16,554 nucleotides of DNA, taken from NCBI GenBank assembly GCA_037446635.1, contig JBBIIG010000040.1:1-16554 (forward strand). The letters run 5' to 3'. The position numbers were made by a program, and so were the translations under genes. The stretch's first letter is position 1. The number at the start of each line of letters is the position of its first letter. This DNA is from a bacterium (GTDB taxonomy: Bacteria > Zhuqueibacterota > Zhuqueibacteria > Oceanimicrobiales > Oceanimicrobiaceae). This document shows positions 1 through 8,155 of the stretch, piece by piece. The notes under the pieces were generated by a model, which was not told the DNA's origin, searched no databases, and saw only the letters and a list, made by a program, of their open reading frames with translations.

Positions 1-1
1 T

Positions 2-121
2 CAGCGCGTCGCCGTCGCGCTGGACGAAGCGCTGAACAGCGGCGTTGGCAGCCACGGCCTGCAATCCGGCCCGGAAAATCGCCATCGCATCCCGTCGCAG
101 TTTTTCAGTATTCAATTTCAT
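2..121 (-). CDS. N-terminal fragment of a probable class II glycerate kinase (DUF4147/MOFRL, TtuD-like); runs off the left edge
   Basis: Manual translation from the ATG at 121: MKLNTEKLRRDAMAIFRAGLQAVAANAAVQRFVQRDGDAL. This resembles the 'LRxDAxxIFxAGLxAV' N-terminal helix of glycerate 2-kinases. Not in the ORF track because it is truncated. Confidence 0.7.
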   Translation of the reverse strand, partial: MKLNTEKLRRDAMAIFRAGLQAVAANAAVQRFVQRDGDAL

Positions 122-177
122 CAGGTTCTTCAAAAAACGTTAAACACAGAAGACACCGAAACCCACCGAAGATCCAC

Positions 178-711
178 TTATTTGCTCAATGCTTTCCGGC
201 GCTGGCCTTTGAACAGCGCGCGAATATGCAGAAACGCCGGGTTGTACACGCCGGTTTTGAAATCGGGAAAGCAGTAGGGGTAGGGTTTGAATTCGCCGCG
301 CTCGTACCACAAGCTCGGGTCGGCGTAAATTCCTAAATCGAGATAAATTTTTTGTCCGTTGTATTTGGCGGAAGCGAGGATCACTTTGTTGTAGTCCATG
401 TAGCCGGGATCGAGATTCACCCGCCGTTTGCCGGCCGCCGCCAGGTGATCTTCGATTTCATTGGTGGCGATTTTGATGGCCGCAATTTCTTTGGGATCGA
501 TCAATTTGTAGAAAGAAACGATCTTGCGAAAAAGCGGCGCGCCCATTTCGTAGCGATAATAATCGCTAACGTTGAATTCAAACTCCGGACTTTTATAATC
601 GATAGTTCCGAATTTTTGTTCGAGCAACTCCAGCGCTTGCTGCAGCAGCAAGCTGTCGCCATACAGCGCAGCAACAAACAGCTTGACCGGTTCGGGCGCA
701 GTGGGTTTCAT
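178..711 (-). CDS. DUF4416 family protein
   Basis: 177 aa with 'VKLFVAALY', 'DYYRYEMG..L.RK', 'IKIATNEIE', 'RRVNLDPGY' and 'IYLDLGIYA', recognised as DUF4416 motifs. Confidence 0.85.
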   Translation of the reverse strand: MKPTAPEPVKLFVAALYGDSLLLQQALELLEQKFGTIDYKSPEFEFNVSDYYRYEMGAPLFRKIVSFYKLIDPKEIAAIKIATNEIEDHLAAAGKRRVNLDPGYMDYNKVILASAKYNGQKIYLDLGIYADPSLWYERGEFKPYPYCFPDFKTGVYNPAFLHIRALFKGQRRKALSK

Positions 712-873
712 AATTCACTAATGATTCATAAACCGCAGAGATCGACTCGCGGAAAAGCTTCTGCACTTTCAGTGATTATTTAGTTAAGTCAATTATCTTT
801 TTAGTAAAATTAACAAACTCCATTTGAAACTACAACCATTTTAAACTTAAAATGCGAGTGTACCGCCGTTCCC

Positions 874-926
874 ACACAGTTTACAACTCTGTGTCTGCCT
901 CTAAAAACACGGTTTTAAACCGTGTT
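874..926. promoter_or_regulatory. Two related palindromes (candidate operator pair) in the divergent DUF4416/EVE intergenic region
   Basis: ACACAG-N9-CTGTGT at 874-894 and perfect AACACGGTTT-T-AAACCGTGTT at 906-926. Both start ACAC(A/G)GTTT. Confidence 0.45.
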
Positions 927-1012
927 GGATCGAACTTAAAATTAAAATTTAAAGTGGAATTTCAGAAAAAATTATTGTATGCTTTACGGCACGATCAAGA
1001 GGAGGGATGTCT

Positions 1013-1480
1013 ATGCGGTACTGGTTATTCAAATCGGAGCCGGAGGTGTTTTCGTTGGAAGACTTGAAAAACCGTCCGAATGGGACGACCCACTGGGACG
1101 GCGTGCGCAACTATCAGGCGCGAAATTTCCTGCGCGACGAAATCAAAAAAGGCGATCTGGTTTTGTTTTATCACTCCAGCTCCGCGACAATCGGCGCGGC
1201 GGGCGTGGCCGAAGTGGTGAGCGACGGCTATCCCGACCACACCGCCTGGGATCCAAAATCAAACTATTACGATCCCACCTCGACGCCGGAAAATCCGCGC
1301 TGGTTTATGGTGGACATCAAGTGGAAGCAGTCGTTCAAACGGCTGGTGACGCTGCAGGAAATCAAGCAGACGCCGCAATTGCAAAACATGAAACTGGTGC
1401 AAAAGGGCATGCGGCTCTCCGTGCAGCCGGTGACAAAAGAGGAGTTTGAGAAAATTTGTGAAATGGGGATGAAGGCGTAG
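1013..1480 (+). CDS. EVE domain-containing protein (thymocyte nuclear protein 1-like, PUA fold)
   Basis: MRYWLFKSEP, WDGVRNYQARNFLRD, GDLVLFYHS, YYDP and RLSVQPVT are hallmark EVE motifs. AGGAGG at 999-1004 favours the ATG at 1013 over 1007. Confidence 0.95.
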   Translation: MRYWLFKSEPEVFSLEDLKNRPNGTTHWDGVRNYQARNFLRDEIKKGDLVLFYHSSSATIGAAGVAEVVSDGYPDHTAWDPKSNYYDPTSTPENPRWFMVDIKWKQSFKRLVTLQEIKQTPQLQNMKLVQKGMRLSVQPVTKEEFEKICEMGMKA

Positions 1481-1505
1481 AGGGTAAAGCGTAGAGCGTA
1501 AGGCG
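1475..1505 (+). repeat. Degenerate heptamer tandem repeat (GCGTAGA) x4 spanning the EVE stop codon and the convergent gap
   Basis: gcgtaga gggtaaa gcgtaga gcgtaag gcg read directly from the sequence. Confidence 0.6.
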
Positions 1506-1508
1506 GTT

Positions 1509-2225
1509 TTAGTAAGTGGACTGTTTGAAGAAAAGTTGAATGCTGCCGGTTCCGAAGGGAACGACCAGCTCGAGGTATTGAGCGTTTTTGGTGATAGGAA
1601 AATAAACCCTGCCTTGAATTTGCTCGCCGGGATAGAGGGTGGTTTTACGCAGCGCGCTGATTTCCCACTCATTTTGCCGGGCGCTTAAATCAGATATTCG
1701 CAGGTAGTGGCGCCGCTCATTCTCGCTGCGGTTGATTTCTTGCGCGAGGCGATTTTCATACGACAAAGCGTGCTTGGGCGCGGCAATTAAAGCAACTAAA
1801 TCCAATACCGTGACAGCAAAGTCAATTGCCGTTACTGTGGCGTAAGCCGCGTTTTCGTTTGACAGTTGATTTTCGATTTTGCGCAGCTCGCGCTCCGGGT
1901 CTAAAGCATGGATGCGATTTTTTGAGGCGGGGCCATTTAACGACATGCGCGGTAAATAATGAAACTGCTCCGGATCAAGCAAGATCGGTTTGGCGGAGTG
2001 GTTGGCAATTTCGATATCAAATATGAGATGGCGGCCGTCCGATCGCGCAAACGCCGCGGCGACATTAATGTCGTCGCCGGAAATTTGGGAGAATTCTTTC
2101 CCGGAAAGCCAAATATTGTTTTCTGAAATGGGATCCAGTTGGTAGGCGGGCGGCGCGGTATAACACGATGGCAAAAGAAAAGGCGAGACGAAAATCACCC
2201 AAAAATTTAGCGGAGGTTTTTTCAA
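1509..2225 (-). CDS. Hypothetical lipoprotein
   Basis: Probable TTG start at 2225, just after the upstream gene's stop and with GGGAAG upstream. It gives a basic N-terminus, a hydrophobic stretch and lipobox-like LPSC. The body is beta-rich with a coiled-coil-like middle and 'LRKTTLYPGEQIQGRVYFP'. The start is uncertain (ORF track gives 2249). Confidence 0.7.
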   Translation of the reverse strand: MKKPPLNFWVIFVSPFLLPSCYTAPPAYQLDPISENNIWLSGKEFSQISGDDINVAAAFARSDGRHLIFDIEIANHSAKPILLDPEQFHYLPRMSLNGPASKNRIHALDPERELRKIENQLSNENAAYATVTAIDFAVTVLDLVALIAAPKHALSYENRLAQEINRSENERRHYLRISDLSARQNEWEISALRKTTLYPGEQIQGRVYFPITKNAQYLELVVPFGTGSIQLFFKQSTY

Positions 2226-2239
2226 GAGCCGCTTCCCGA

Positions 2240-3049
2240 TTAGTACCAAATTCTCATCCCCACCCGGAAACCGTCAAGCATATCCGCGGATTTGTTTTTC
2301 AAAATTCTCAGCCCGCCCAAAATCTCCACGCGTCCCAAAATAACGCCGGCGCTGGACTCCACCGTGTAAAGCATGCCGCCGTTGCTGATGTAGGCCGCCG
2401 CCAGCTCCATTTCCATGATCAGCGGTTTGCGGGGAAAAATCTGCAAGTCCATCGCCACCTCCGGGCCGGCGTGGCCGCTGCGGCGGTGGAAGCCGCGAAA
2501 GCCGAACTCGAGATTCCAAATCATTTGCTGGGTGCGATAAAGGGCGTGGCCGTAACGCAGGCCAAAGAAGGTCATGCGATCGTGGTGGGTTCCAAAGCTG
2601 TCCACCAACTCCTCATCATAAACCGAGAAGTCGAAGGACAGCTTGCTGCTGCGCACGAATTGCGTCTCCCACTTGAAATTGTAACTGCGCAAGTTCTCGT
2701 TAAGATAGTGGTAGCTCACCTCGGTGTTGAAAAAATAGCTGCGGAATTCTTCGGTTGGGTTCATAAAACCGGCCCCCGCGGCGTAGGGATGCGAGGGATA
2801 GGGTCCGAATTCCGTGCCCGGAGCGTGTCCCCAAAGCCGGACGAAATCGGCAAAGTTATCGAAAAAAGCGTAGAGAAAGAATTCCACGGCGTCGCTGGAA
2901 CCGGAGTCGTCGTCGCCATCTTCCTCGCCGTAGTCGTCCGCGAAATCTTCGAGATCGCCCTTGCCTTTTTCCTGGGCCAATAATGGTGTGGATGAGTGAG
3001 TAAACAAAAGGAGGCCAAGTAGGATCAAAATGCAGAAAAGAGGTTTCAT
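2240..3049 (-). CDS. Hypothetical exported protein, probable outer-membrane beta-barrel
   Basis: ATG at 3049 with GAGGGAG RBS. Signal peptide MKPLFCILILLGLLLF..LLA-Q, an acidic linker, alternating amphipathic strands and C-terminal 'FRVGMRIWY' resembling a beta-signal. Confidence 0.7.
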   Translation of the reverse strand: MKPLFCILILLGLLLFTHSSTPLLAQEKGKGDLEDFADDYGEEDGDDDSGSSDAVEFFLYAFFDNFADFVRLWGHAPGTEFGPYPSHPYAAGAGFMNPTEEFRSYFFNTEVSYHYLNENLRSYNFKWETQFVRSSKLSFDFSVYDEELVDSFGTHHDRMTFFGLRYGHALYRTQQMIWNLEFGFRGFHRRSGHAGPEVAMDLQIFPRKPLIMEMELAAAYISNGGMLYTVESSAGVILGRVEILGGLRILKNKSADMLDGFRVGMRIWY

Positions 3050-3208
3050 AGCTCCCTCAGAAAGCAAAAGTGGATATTCCTATTTCGATGCCAAAACTAT
3101 TGCCCGTGTCATCGGGAAGACGGTCCGGCATTACATTGATAAATACCGGCGCCGATGATAGAATCAATGCAAGCAGAACGGTTAACCTTCTCATATCCTC
3201 CTCCTTGC

Positions 3209-3700
3209 TTAAAATCCATAACCAAAACTTAAGCTGATACCCGGTTCAAGACCCGGGTTATCGTCGTACGAACTAACCGCTCCGACGACCCTTTCTAGAT
3301 ACCAAAGGGCATCCAAGCCGATTCGAAACATGAATCCGCCAGCCGCTGGCTGATAACGATAACCGGCTGATAAGATCGGAAAAACTTCCTCAGTTCCTCT
3401 TTGCCATTTCCCATTTTCGTAAACGAATCCGGCGCTAAGCTCAAGTTTATGATCGACGCCGCGCAAGTAATTTACCGTGATGGGAACGATGACGCCGTCC
3501 GCGCCATCGAGGCCGCTCATGCCCATTCCGGCCCGCAAACCAAACCGTTGGCCGAGCATCCGATCATAATTCACAGTGAAGAAGGAATTCTGTCCAAACA
3601 ATTCGAGGTAAGCGGCGGTTTGTGCCGGCACCTCCGAGCTTTCAAAAACAGCGGCCCAGAGACTGGCAGCGATCACCAAAATTGGGGTTCGCGTTTTCAT
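3209..3700 (-). CDS. Hypothetical exported small beta-barrel-like protein
   Basis: Likely start MKTRTPILVIAASLWAA at 3700 (ORF-track upstream extension looks non-coding). Motifs 'YLELFG', 'VNYDR', 'AGYRYQP..GGFMFR' and terminal 'ISLSFGYGF'. Confidence 0.7.
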   Translation of the reverse strand: MKTRTPILVIAASLWAAVFESSEVPAQTAAYLELFGQNSFFTVNYDRMLGQRFGLRAGMGMSGLDGADGVIVPITVNYLRGVDHKLELSAGFVYENGKWQRGTEEVFPILSAGYRYQPAAGGFMFRIGLDALWYLERVVGAVSSYDDNPGLEPGISLSFGYGF

Positions 3701-3736
3701 TCGTTTACTCTTGATGGGGATTACGCTGGAAGAGAT

Positions 3737-3752
3737 TACAAGCGCCGTGCCA
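3737..3752 (-). promoter_or_regulatory. Candidate sigma54 (-24/-12) promoter for the 3209..3700 gene
   Basis: Minus strand reads TGGCACG-GCGC-TTGTA against consensus TGGCACG-N4-TTGC(A/T). Spacing is exact with one mismatch at -12. Confidence 0.5.
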
Positions 3753-3899
3753 CGAAACTGAATTTTCGTGGCGTTTTTTAGATTCAAAATCTGGCGGGAG
3801 GGCTTACGAAAGTGATTGAGGCGTGAATTTGATAAACAAATTAGCATTGGCTGCTTACTGAATTTGCAACGCGCCAAAGCATTTTATTCATAGAAAATG

Positions 3900-3958
3900 T
3901 CACCACGAAGACCGCGAAGTTCACGAAAAACTTCGTGCTCTTCGTGTACTCGTGGTGA
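3900..3958. repeat. Inverted array of ~9-nt C(A/G)CGAA units (hairpin-forming intergenic repeat)
   Basis: TCACCACGA (3900-3908) pairs with TCGTGGTGA (3950-3958). Three forward C(A/G)CGAA units are mirrored by three (T/C)TCGTG units. It lies downstream of the TPR gene. Confidence 0.7.
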
Positions 3959-4023
3959 ATAAGTTAGGTTAGTCGCAGAGATTTTCTGGGATCTTCGCGT
4001 CTTGGCGTGGGAATTTTGGGGGC

Positions 4024-5127
4024 CTATTTAACCCCCGCGCGGTTTGTCTGCGCCAGCGCCAGACTTCTCACTTTGTCGTTCAACTCGTGAAGTTGTTTTC
4101 TGATTTCCGCAAAGGTTTCCAGCGGACCGTCGGTTTCCTTCGAAAAATCACAGGACTTTTCGAGGACCAGGGCCTCGCCGCACAACCGGTACGATTCGCT
4201 GTAATTGCCCAACTGGTAATGGCATTTCGCGAGTTGATAGAGACATTCCACCTGATAGCTGATGCTCCGATAGGGCGTAGTTTCTAAAATCGCGTGGAGC
4301 TGCTGGAAGACGTCCATGGCCTCCTGCCAGCGGCTGAGGGCCTGTAAAATCCGCCCGCGCCGGTAAAGCATGGAAGGATTTTTGGGATAGCGCTGATAAA
4401 CCTGGTCGCTCACCGCCAGGGCTTTTTCAAACTCCCCTTCATTATAGTAAACTGCCGTCAAGCCATACATGGCATCGACGTTGAGGTATTGCGCCTTTTC
4501 CATGGCCAGCTTAATATGCTGGATGCCTTCGTGGCGGTAGTCGTTCGTGAAGGGCAAAACGTTTAGCAATTTTGCTTTAGCGCCAAACCAGTATTTGTAA
4601 AGTCCGAGCCCGTAGTGGGAGTCATAAAAATCCGGCTCAAATGCCAGGGCTTTGTTGAAATTTTTCGAGATTTGCGTGCCATCGCGAAAGGCCTCAAACC
4701 ATTTGCCGCGCTGCGCAAAAAACATGCTGCGCGAGCCGTAGGCGCAGCTTAAGTAAAAATAATTCTTGCCGTTCTTCTTATCTTTCCTGGCGGCCTGTTC
4801 CGCCAATTCGATGGAAAGATCCAACAAGCTGTCGAATTTGCTTTCGTAAAGACGAACCCGATAATTGCGCATGATGGTTTGGTAGGTCGTCAGAATTCCA
4901 AACGCGCCTGCCGGCTCGCTGGGATAGAGCTGGCGGATTTTTTTGGCCAATCGCAGCGCCTCGTCGAACTCCTCGTTGTGGTATTTGTCCATCGTGGCTT
5001 TGAAAAGTTTGGGGAAGGAGTTGTCATCCTCCGATTGCGCCCACGCATATTCCTGCAAAGCCCAAATAGCGCATCCTGCTGCCGCAGCCAAAAAAAATCT
5101 GCGGGCAAAAATCTGCTTACGCTCCAT
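4024..5127 (-). CDS. Exported tetratricopeptide repeat protein
   Basis: ATG with GGAGG RBS, signal peptide ending AWA-Q, and several TPR-like helical pairs (e.g. 'AMYGLTAVYYNEGEFEKALAVSDQVYQRYP', 'LYQLAKCHYQLGNYSES'). Confidence 0.85.
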   Translation of the reverse strand: MERKQIFARRFFLAAAAGCAIWALQEYAWAQSEDDNSFPKLFKATMDKYHNEEFDEALRLAKKIRQLYPSEPAGAFGILTTYQTIMRNYRVRLYESKFDSLLDLSIELAEQAARKDKKNGKNYFYLSCAYGSRSMFFAQRGKWFEAFRDGTQISKNFNKALAFEPDFYDSHYGLGLYKYWFGAKAKLLNVLPFTNDYRHEGIQHIKLAMEKAQYLNVDAMYGLTAVYYNEGEFEKALAVSDQVYQRYPKNPSMLYRRGRILQALSRWQEAMDVFQQLHAILETTPYRSISYQVECLYQLAKCHYQLGNYSESYRLCGEALVLEKSCDFSKETDGPLETFAEIRKQLHELNDKVRSLALAQTNRAGVK

Positions 5128-5202
5128 CGTTTGCCTCCGAATGAATGATCAGAAACGGAAATTACTGCATATTGAGAGATAGCCGAGAGATGAACTGAGC
5201 CA

Positions 5203-5231
5203 AGTATAAGAAGATGCCCCCAATATTGCAA
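5203..5231 (-). promoter_or_regulatory. sigma70-type promoter for the TPR gene
   Basis: Minus strand TTGCAA (5231-5226), 17 nt spacer, TATACT (5208-5203). Confidence 0.6.
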
Positions 5232-5264
5232 GCAATTTTTGCCGGCGCCGCACCGACTTTTTGC

Positions 5265-5293
5265 TTGACAAACACATACCCATTTTTCATATT
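5265..5293 (+). promoter_or_regulatory. sigma70-type promoter for the MFS-qor operon
   Basis: Perfect TTGACA (5265-5270), 17 nt spacer, CATATT (5288-5293), about 30 nt before the ATG at 5323. Confidence 0.65.
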
Positions 5294-5322
5294 TGATGCT
5301 TCATTTGAAAAGACGCTCTCTT

Positions 5323-6534
5323 ATGAAATCTGAAATCACCGGCCGCGCCGCTATCGGGATCATCTTCCTGGTGGTGGCGATCGATCTCATCGGCTTCGGC
5401 ATCGTGCTGCCGCTGCTGCCGCTCTACGCCAAACACTACGGCGCCGGCCCGGCGGTGATCGGGTTGCTGGCGATTTCCTACTCCGTCACTCAGCTCATTT
5501 TCACCCCCATCTGGGGCGCGCTCTCGGACCGGCGCGGCCGCCGCCCCATCCTCTTGTTGAGCTTAATTGGCGCGGTGGTCTTTTACGCCCTGTTCGGCTG
5601 GGCGCCCTCACTGCTGTGGTTGTTTGCGGCGCGCTTGGGCGCCGGCGTGTTTGCCGCCAACATCTCCACCGCCATGGCCTACATCGCCGACCTGACCTCG
5701 CGGGAAAACCGCGCCAAAGGCATGGGACTGATCGGCGCCGCGTTCGGAATTGGTTTCGTCATCGGGCCGGCCGTGGGCGGATTTTTAAGCCAATACAGCT
5801 ATCACCTTCCCGGCTATGGCGCCGCGCTGCTTTCCTTTTCAGCTTTAATCCTGGCTTTTTTTAAATTACCGGAATCACTGTCCGCTCCTACGGTGATTTC
5901 GAGAACGAGCTTTTGGCAGCCCATTCAAAAGGCGCTGCGGCAGAAAGATTTTCAGCGCCCGGTGTTGATGTATTTTCTGACCACCTTTGCCTTTGCGAGC
6001 CTGCAGGTGACCTTCCCGCTGTTCACACAGGAAGTGTTTCGGTTGGACGTCAAGCACGTGGGCTATCTCTTTGCCCTCTCCGGCGTCATGTCTATTTTAT
6101 TGCAGGGAGGATGGATCGGCAGGCTCTCTCAAAAATTTGGCGAGGGCGTGCTGGCGATTACCGGCGCCGCGATTTACGTGATTGGGCTGGCGGCGATACC
6201 GTTTGCGAAATCGGTTTATCTGCTGGTTTTAATCATGGCTTTGCTTGGCCTGGCAACCGGCTTAACTCTACCGACGCTCACCAGCCTGCTTTCCTTTGCC
6301 GCGGACGAAACCAGCCAGGGCTCGGTTTTGGGAGTGAGCCGCTCCGTGGGAACACTGGCGCGCATCCTCGGCCCGCTCTGGGGCGGCTGGTGCTACGGCG
6401 CGTTGGGTTTGAGTTGGCCGTTTTGGAGCGCAGCTTTTTTATCGCTGGCGGCGGTGGCCGCCGGCTGGTCGCTGCGCAAACTGAAGCCAATCCATAGAGA
6501 GCAAGCTGCGGTTCCAGCGGAGTTGGCTGGCTGA
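5323..6534 (+). CDS. MFS transporter, TetA/DHA1 (drug:H+ antiporter) family
   Basis: Motif D1 'IDLIGFGIVLPLLP', motif A 'GALSDRRGRRPIL', 'AYIADLT' and motif C 'GFVIGPAVGG', with about 12 hydrophobic segments. The ATG at 5323 lies downstream of the predicted promoter. Confidence 0.92.
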   Translation: MKSEITGRAAIGIIFLVVAIDLIGFGIVLPLLPLYAKHYGAGPAVIGLLAISYSVTQLIFTPIWGALSDRRGRRPILLLSLIGAVVFYALFGWAPSLLWLFAARLGAGVFAANISTAMAYIADLTSRENRAKGMGLIGAAFGIGFVIGPAVGGFLSQYSYHLPGYGAALLSFSALILAFFKLPESLSAPTVISRTSFWQPIQKALRQKDFQRPVLMYFLTTFAFASLQVTFPLFTQEVFRLDVKHVGYLFALSGVMSILLQGGWIGRLSQKFGEGVLAITGAAIYVIGLAAIPFAKSVYLLVLIMALLGLATGLTLPTLTSLLSFAADETSQGSVLGVSRSVGTLARILGPLWGGWCYGALGLSWPFWSAAFLSLAAVAAGWSLRKLKPIHREQAAVPAELAG

Positions 6535-6566
6535 TATTTATGATAGGTAATCAGGAGAAGGAAGAT

Positions 6567-7541
6567 ATGAAAGCGATTCGAATTGCGAAGCACGGCGGAG
6601 TGGAGGAGATGCGGTTCGAGGAGATGGCGGCGCCCGAGCCCAATGAAACCCAGGCGCTGGTGAAAGTGGCGGCCAGCGGCGTGAACTTCATTGATGTTTA
6701 CCAGCGCACGGGATTGTACTCGGTGAAGCTTCCTTATACTTTGGGTTTGGAAGCGGCAGGCGTGATTGAAAAAATCGGCAGCGGGGTCGCGGAATTCAAA
6801 CCCGGCGACCGCGTGGCGTTTTGCGGTGTGCCGGGAAGCTACGCCGAGTTTGTGGTTGCGCCGGCAGAGCGGTTGGTTTCCTTGCCGGATGAAATTGATT
6901 TTAATACCGGCGCTGCGGCGATGCTGCAAGGGATGACGGCGCACTATTTAACGCGCGATACCTATCGCCTGAAACCCGGCGACCGCTGCCTGATTCACGC
7001 GGCGGCCGGCGGCGCAGGACTCTTACTGGTGCAAATGGCGAAGCTCGCCGGCGCGTTTGTAATTGGCACGGTATCCACCGAAGAGAAAGCAAAATTGGCG
7101 CAAGACGCCGGCGCGGATAAAATCATTCTTTACACGGAAAAAGATTTTGAAGCGGAGGTGATGAGGCTGACCAACGGCCAGGGCGTGCAGGTGGTTTATG
7201 ATTCCGTGGGACAGACGACTTTTATGAAGAGTTTGAATTGTTTGTCGCGCCGCGGCATGATGGTGCTGTTCGGGCAATCCAGCGGGCCGGTGGAAAAAAT
7301 CGACCCGGCGATTTTAAACACCAAAGGCTCGCTGTTTCTGACACGGCCGTCGCTTTTTCATTACATCGCGGAGCGCGCTGAACTGTCCCAGCGCGCGCGG
7401 GAACTTTTTGGTTGGATTAGAGACGGGAAAATCAAAGTGAGGATTGACAAAACTTTTGCGTTGAAGGATGCGGCGGAGGCGCACCGTTATCTTGAAAGCA
7501 GACGATCGATGGGGAAGATTTTGCTGACCCCGAATGGGTAG
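6567..7541 (+). CDS. qor: NADPH:quinone oxidoreductase (zeta-crystallin/MDR family)
   Basis: 'GVNFIDVYQRTGLY', 'MLQGMTAHYL', 'IHAAAGGAG', 'VVYDSVG', 'KGSLFLTRPSL' and 'AHRYLESR..GKILL'. AGGAG RBS before the ATG at 6567. Confidence 0.93.
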   Translation: MKAIRIAKHGGVEEMRFEEMAAPEPNETQALVKVAASGVNFIDVYQRTGLYSVKLPYTLGLEAAGVIEKIGSGVAEFKPGDRVAFCGVPGSYAEFVVAPAERLVSLPDEIDFNTGAAAMLQGMTAHYLTRDTYRLKPGDRCLIHAAAGGAGLLLVQMAKLAGAFVIGTVSTEEKAKLAQDAGADKIILYTEKDFEAEVMRLTNGQGVQVVYDSVGQTTFMKSLNCLSRRGMMVLFGQSSGPVEKIDPAILNTKGSLFLTRPSLFHYIAERAELSQRARELFGWIRDGKIKVRIDKTFALKDAAEAHRYLESRRSMGKILLTPNG

Positions 7542-7557
7542 CCGCACCTTTTGGATT

Positions 7558-7592
7558 TTTGGATTGCGCAAGCCACGCTTGCGCAATCCAAA
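7558..7592. terminator. 16-bp perfect stem-loop between convergent qor and anti-sigma genes (bidirectional terminator or REP-like element)
   Basis: TTTGGATTGCGCAAGC-CAC-GCTTGCGCAATCCAAA. Confidence 0.7.
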
Positions 7593-7603
7593 GGCGAAGC
7601 CAT

Positions 7604-8155
7604 CTAAAGGATTTCAATCTCCGGCGAAATCACTAACATCAGGCAGCCGTTTGCGGTGGAGGTGACGCCGTGAGTGCTGCCGCCCGCGGCGCGGTGGTAG
7701 TCGCCGGCGTGGAGGTTTTGGCCCTGGCAGAGGCAATCGCCTTCGAGAATAAACAACTCCTCCGCGCCGCCGTGGCGGTGGCCGGCAAAGTGGCTGCCGG
7801 CAGCCATGCGCACCAGCATGGTGGTGCGCTGGTGCTGTAAATCAGCGAAAAGAATTTTCACCGCGACGCCGGGCGCCAGCTCTCGCCACTGACCCTCTTC
7901 GGCGCGCACAAAATAAAACGGCGACGGAGCCTCCGACGCCAGCTGCTCAAGAACTTTCTGTTTCAACTCCGGCGGCGGCGCGACCGGCGCAATCGAAAAT
8001 CCCAGCGCAGCTCCCACGCGCTGAAGTTCGGCCATCTTTTTTGTGCACTCCGCGCAGCCGGACTGCAAATGGCTTTCCAACATCCGGTGTTCATTGTCAT
8101 CCAACGCGTCAAGCGCATAGGCTTCACAAAGTTCTTGGAGGCGCTGGTGTTTCAT
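7604..8155 (-). CDS. Soluble anti-sigma factor: ZAS/zf-HC2-like N-terminus plus ChrR-like cupin domain
   Basis: N-terminal 'AYALDALD..HLQSGCAEC..APPPELKQKVL'. C-terminal cupin 'W....PGV.VK.L', 'HRHGGAEELFILEG' and 'GDYH....STH'. No TM segment. Confidence 0.88.
   Translation of the reverse strand: MKHQRLQELCEAYALDALDDNEHRMLESHLQSGCAECTKKMAELQRVGAALGFSIAPVAPPPELKQKVLEQLASEAPSPFYFVRAEEGQWRELAPGVAVKILFADLQHQRTTMLVRMAAGSHFAGHRHGGAEELFILEGDCLCQGQNLHAGDYHRAAGGSTHGVTSTANGCLMLVISPEIEIL

Noticed and set aside
712..1000. 6S RNA or replication origin near the EVE gene
   Set aside because: No long rod-like self-complementarity with a central bubble, and no TTATCCACA DnaA boxes found.
2168..2983. 271-aa plus-strand ORF
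   Set aside because: Antisense shadow of the 2240..3049 gene, which has an RBS, signal peptide and beta-signal. No recognisable motifs.
3701..3877. N-terminal extension of the 3209..3877 ORF
   Set aside because: The signal peptide starts at Met60 (3700), and the extension overlaps a candidate promoter and inverted repeat.
5323..6534. Calling the MFS gene tetA (tetracycline resistance)
   Set aside because: Family motifs support DHA1 membership only. There is no adjacent tetR, and substrate cannot be inferred from the sequence.
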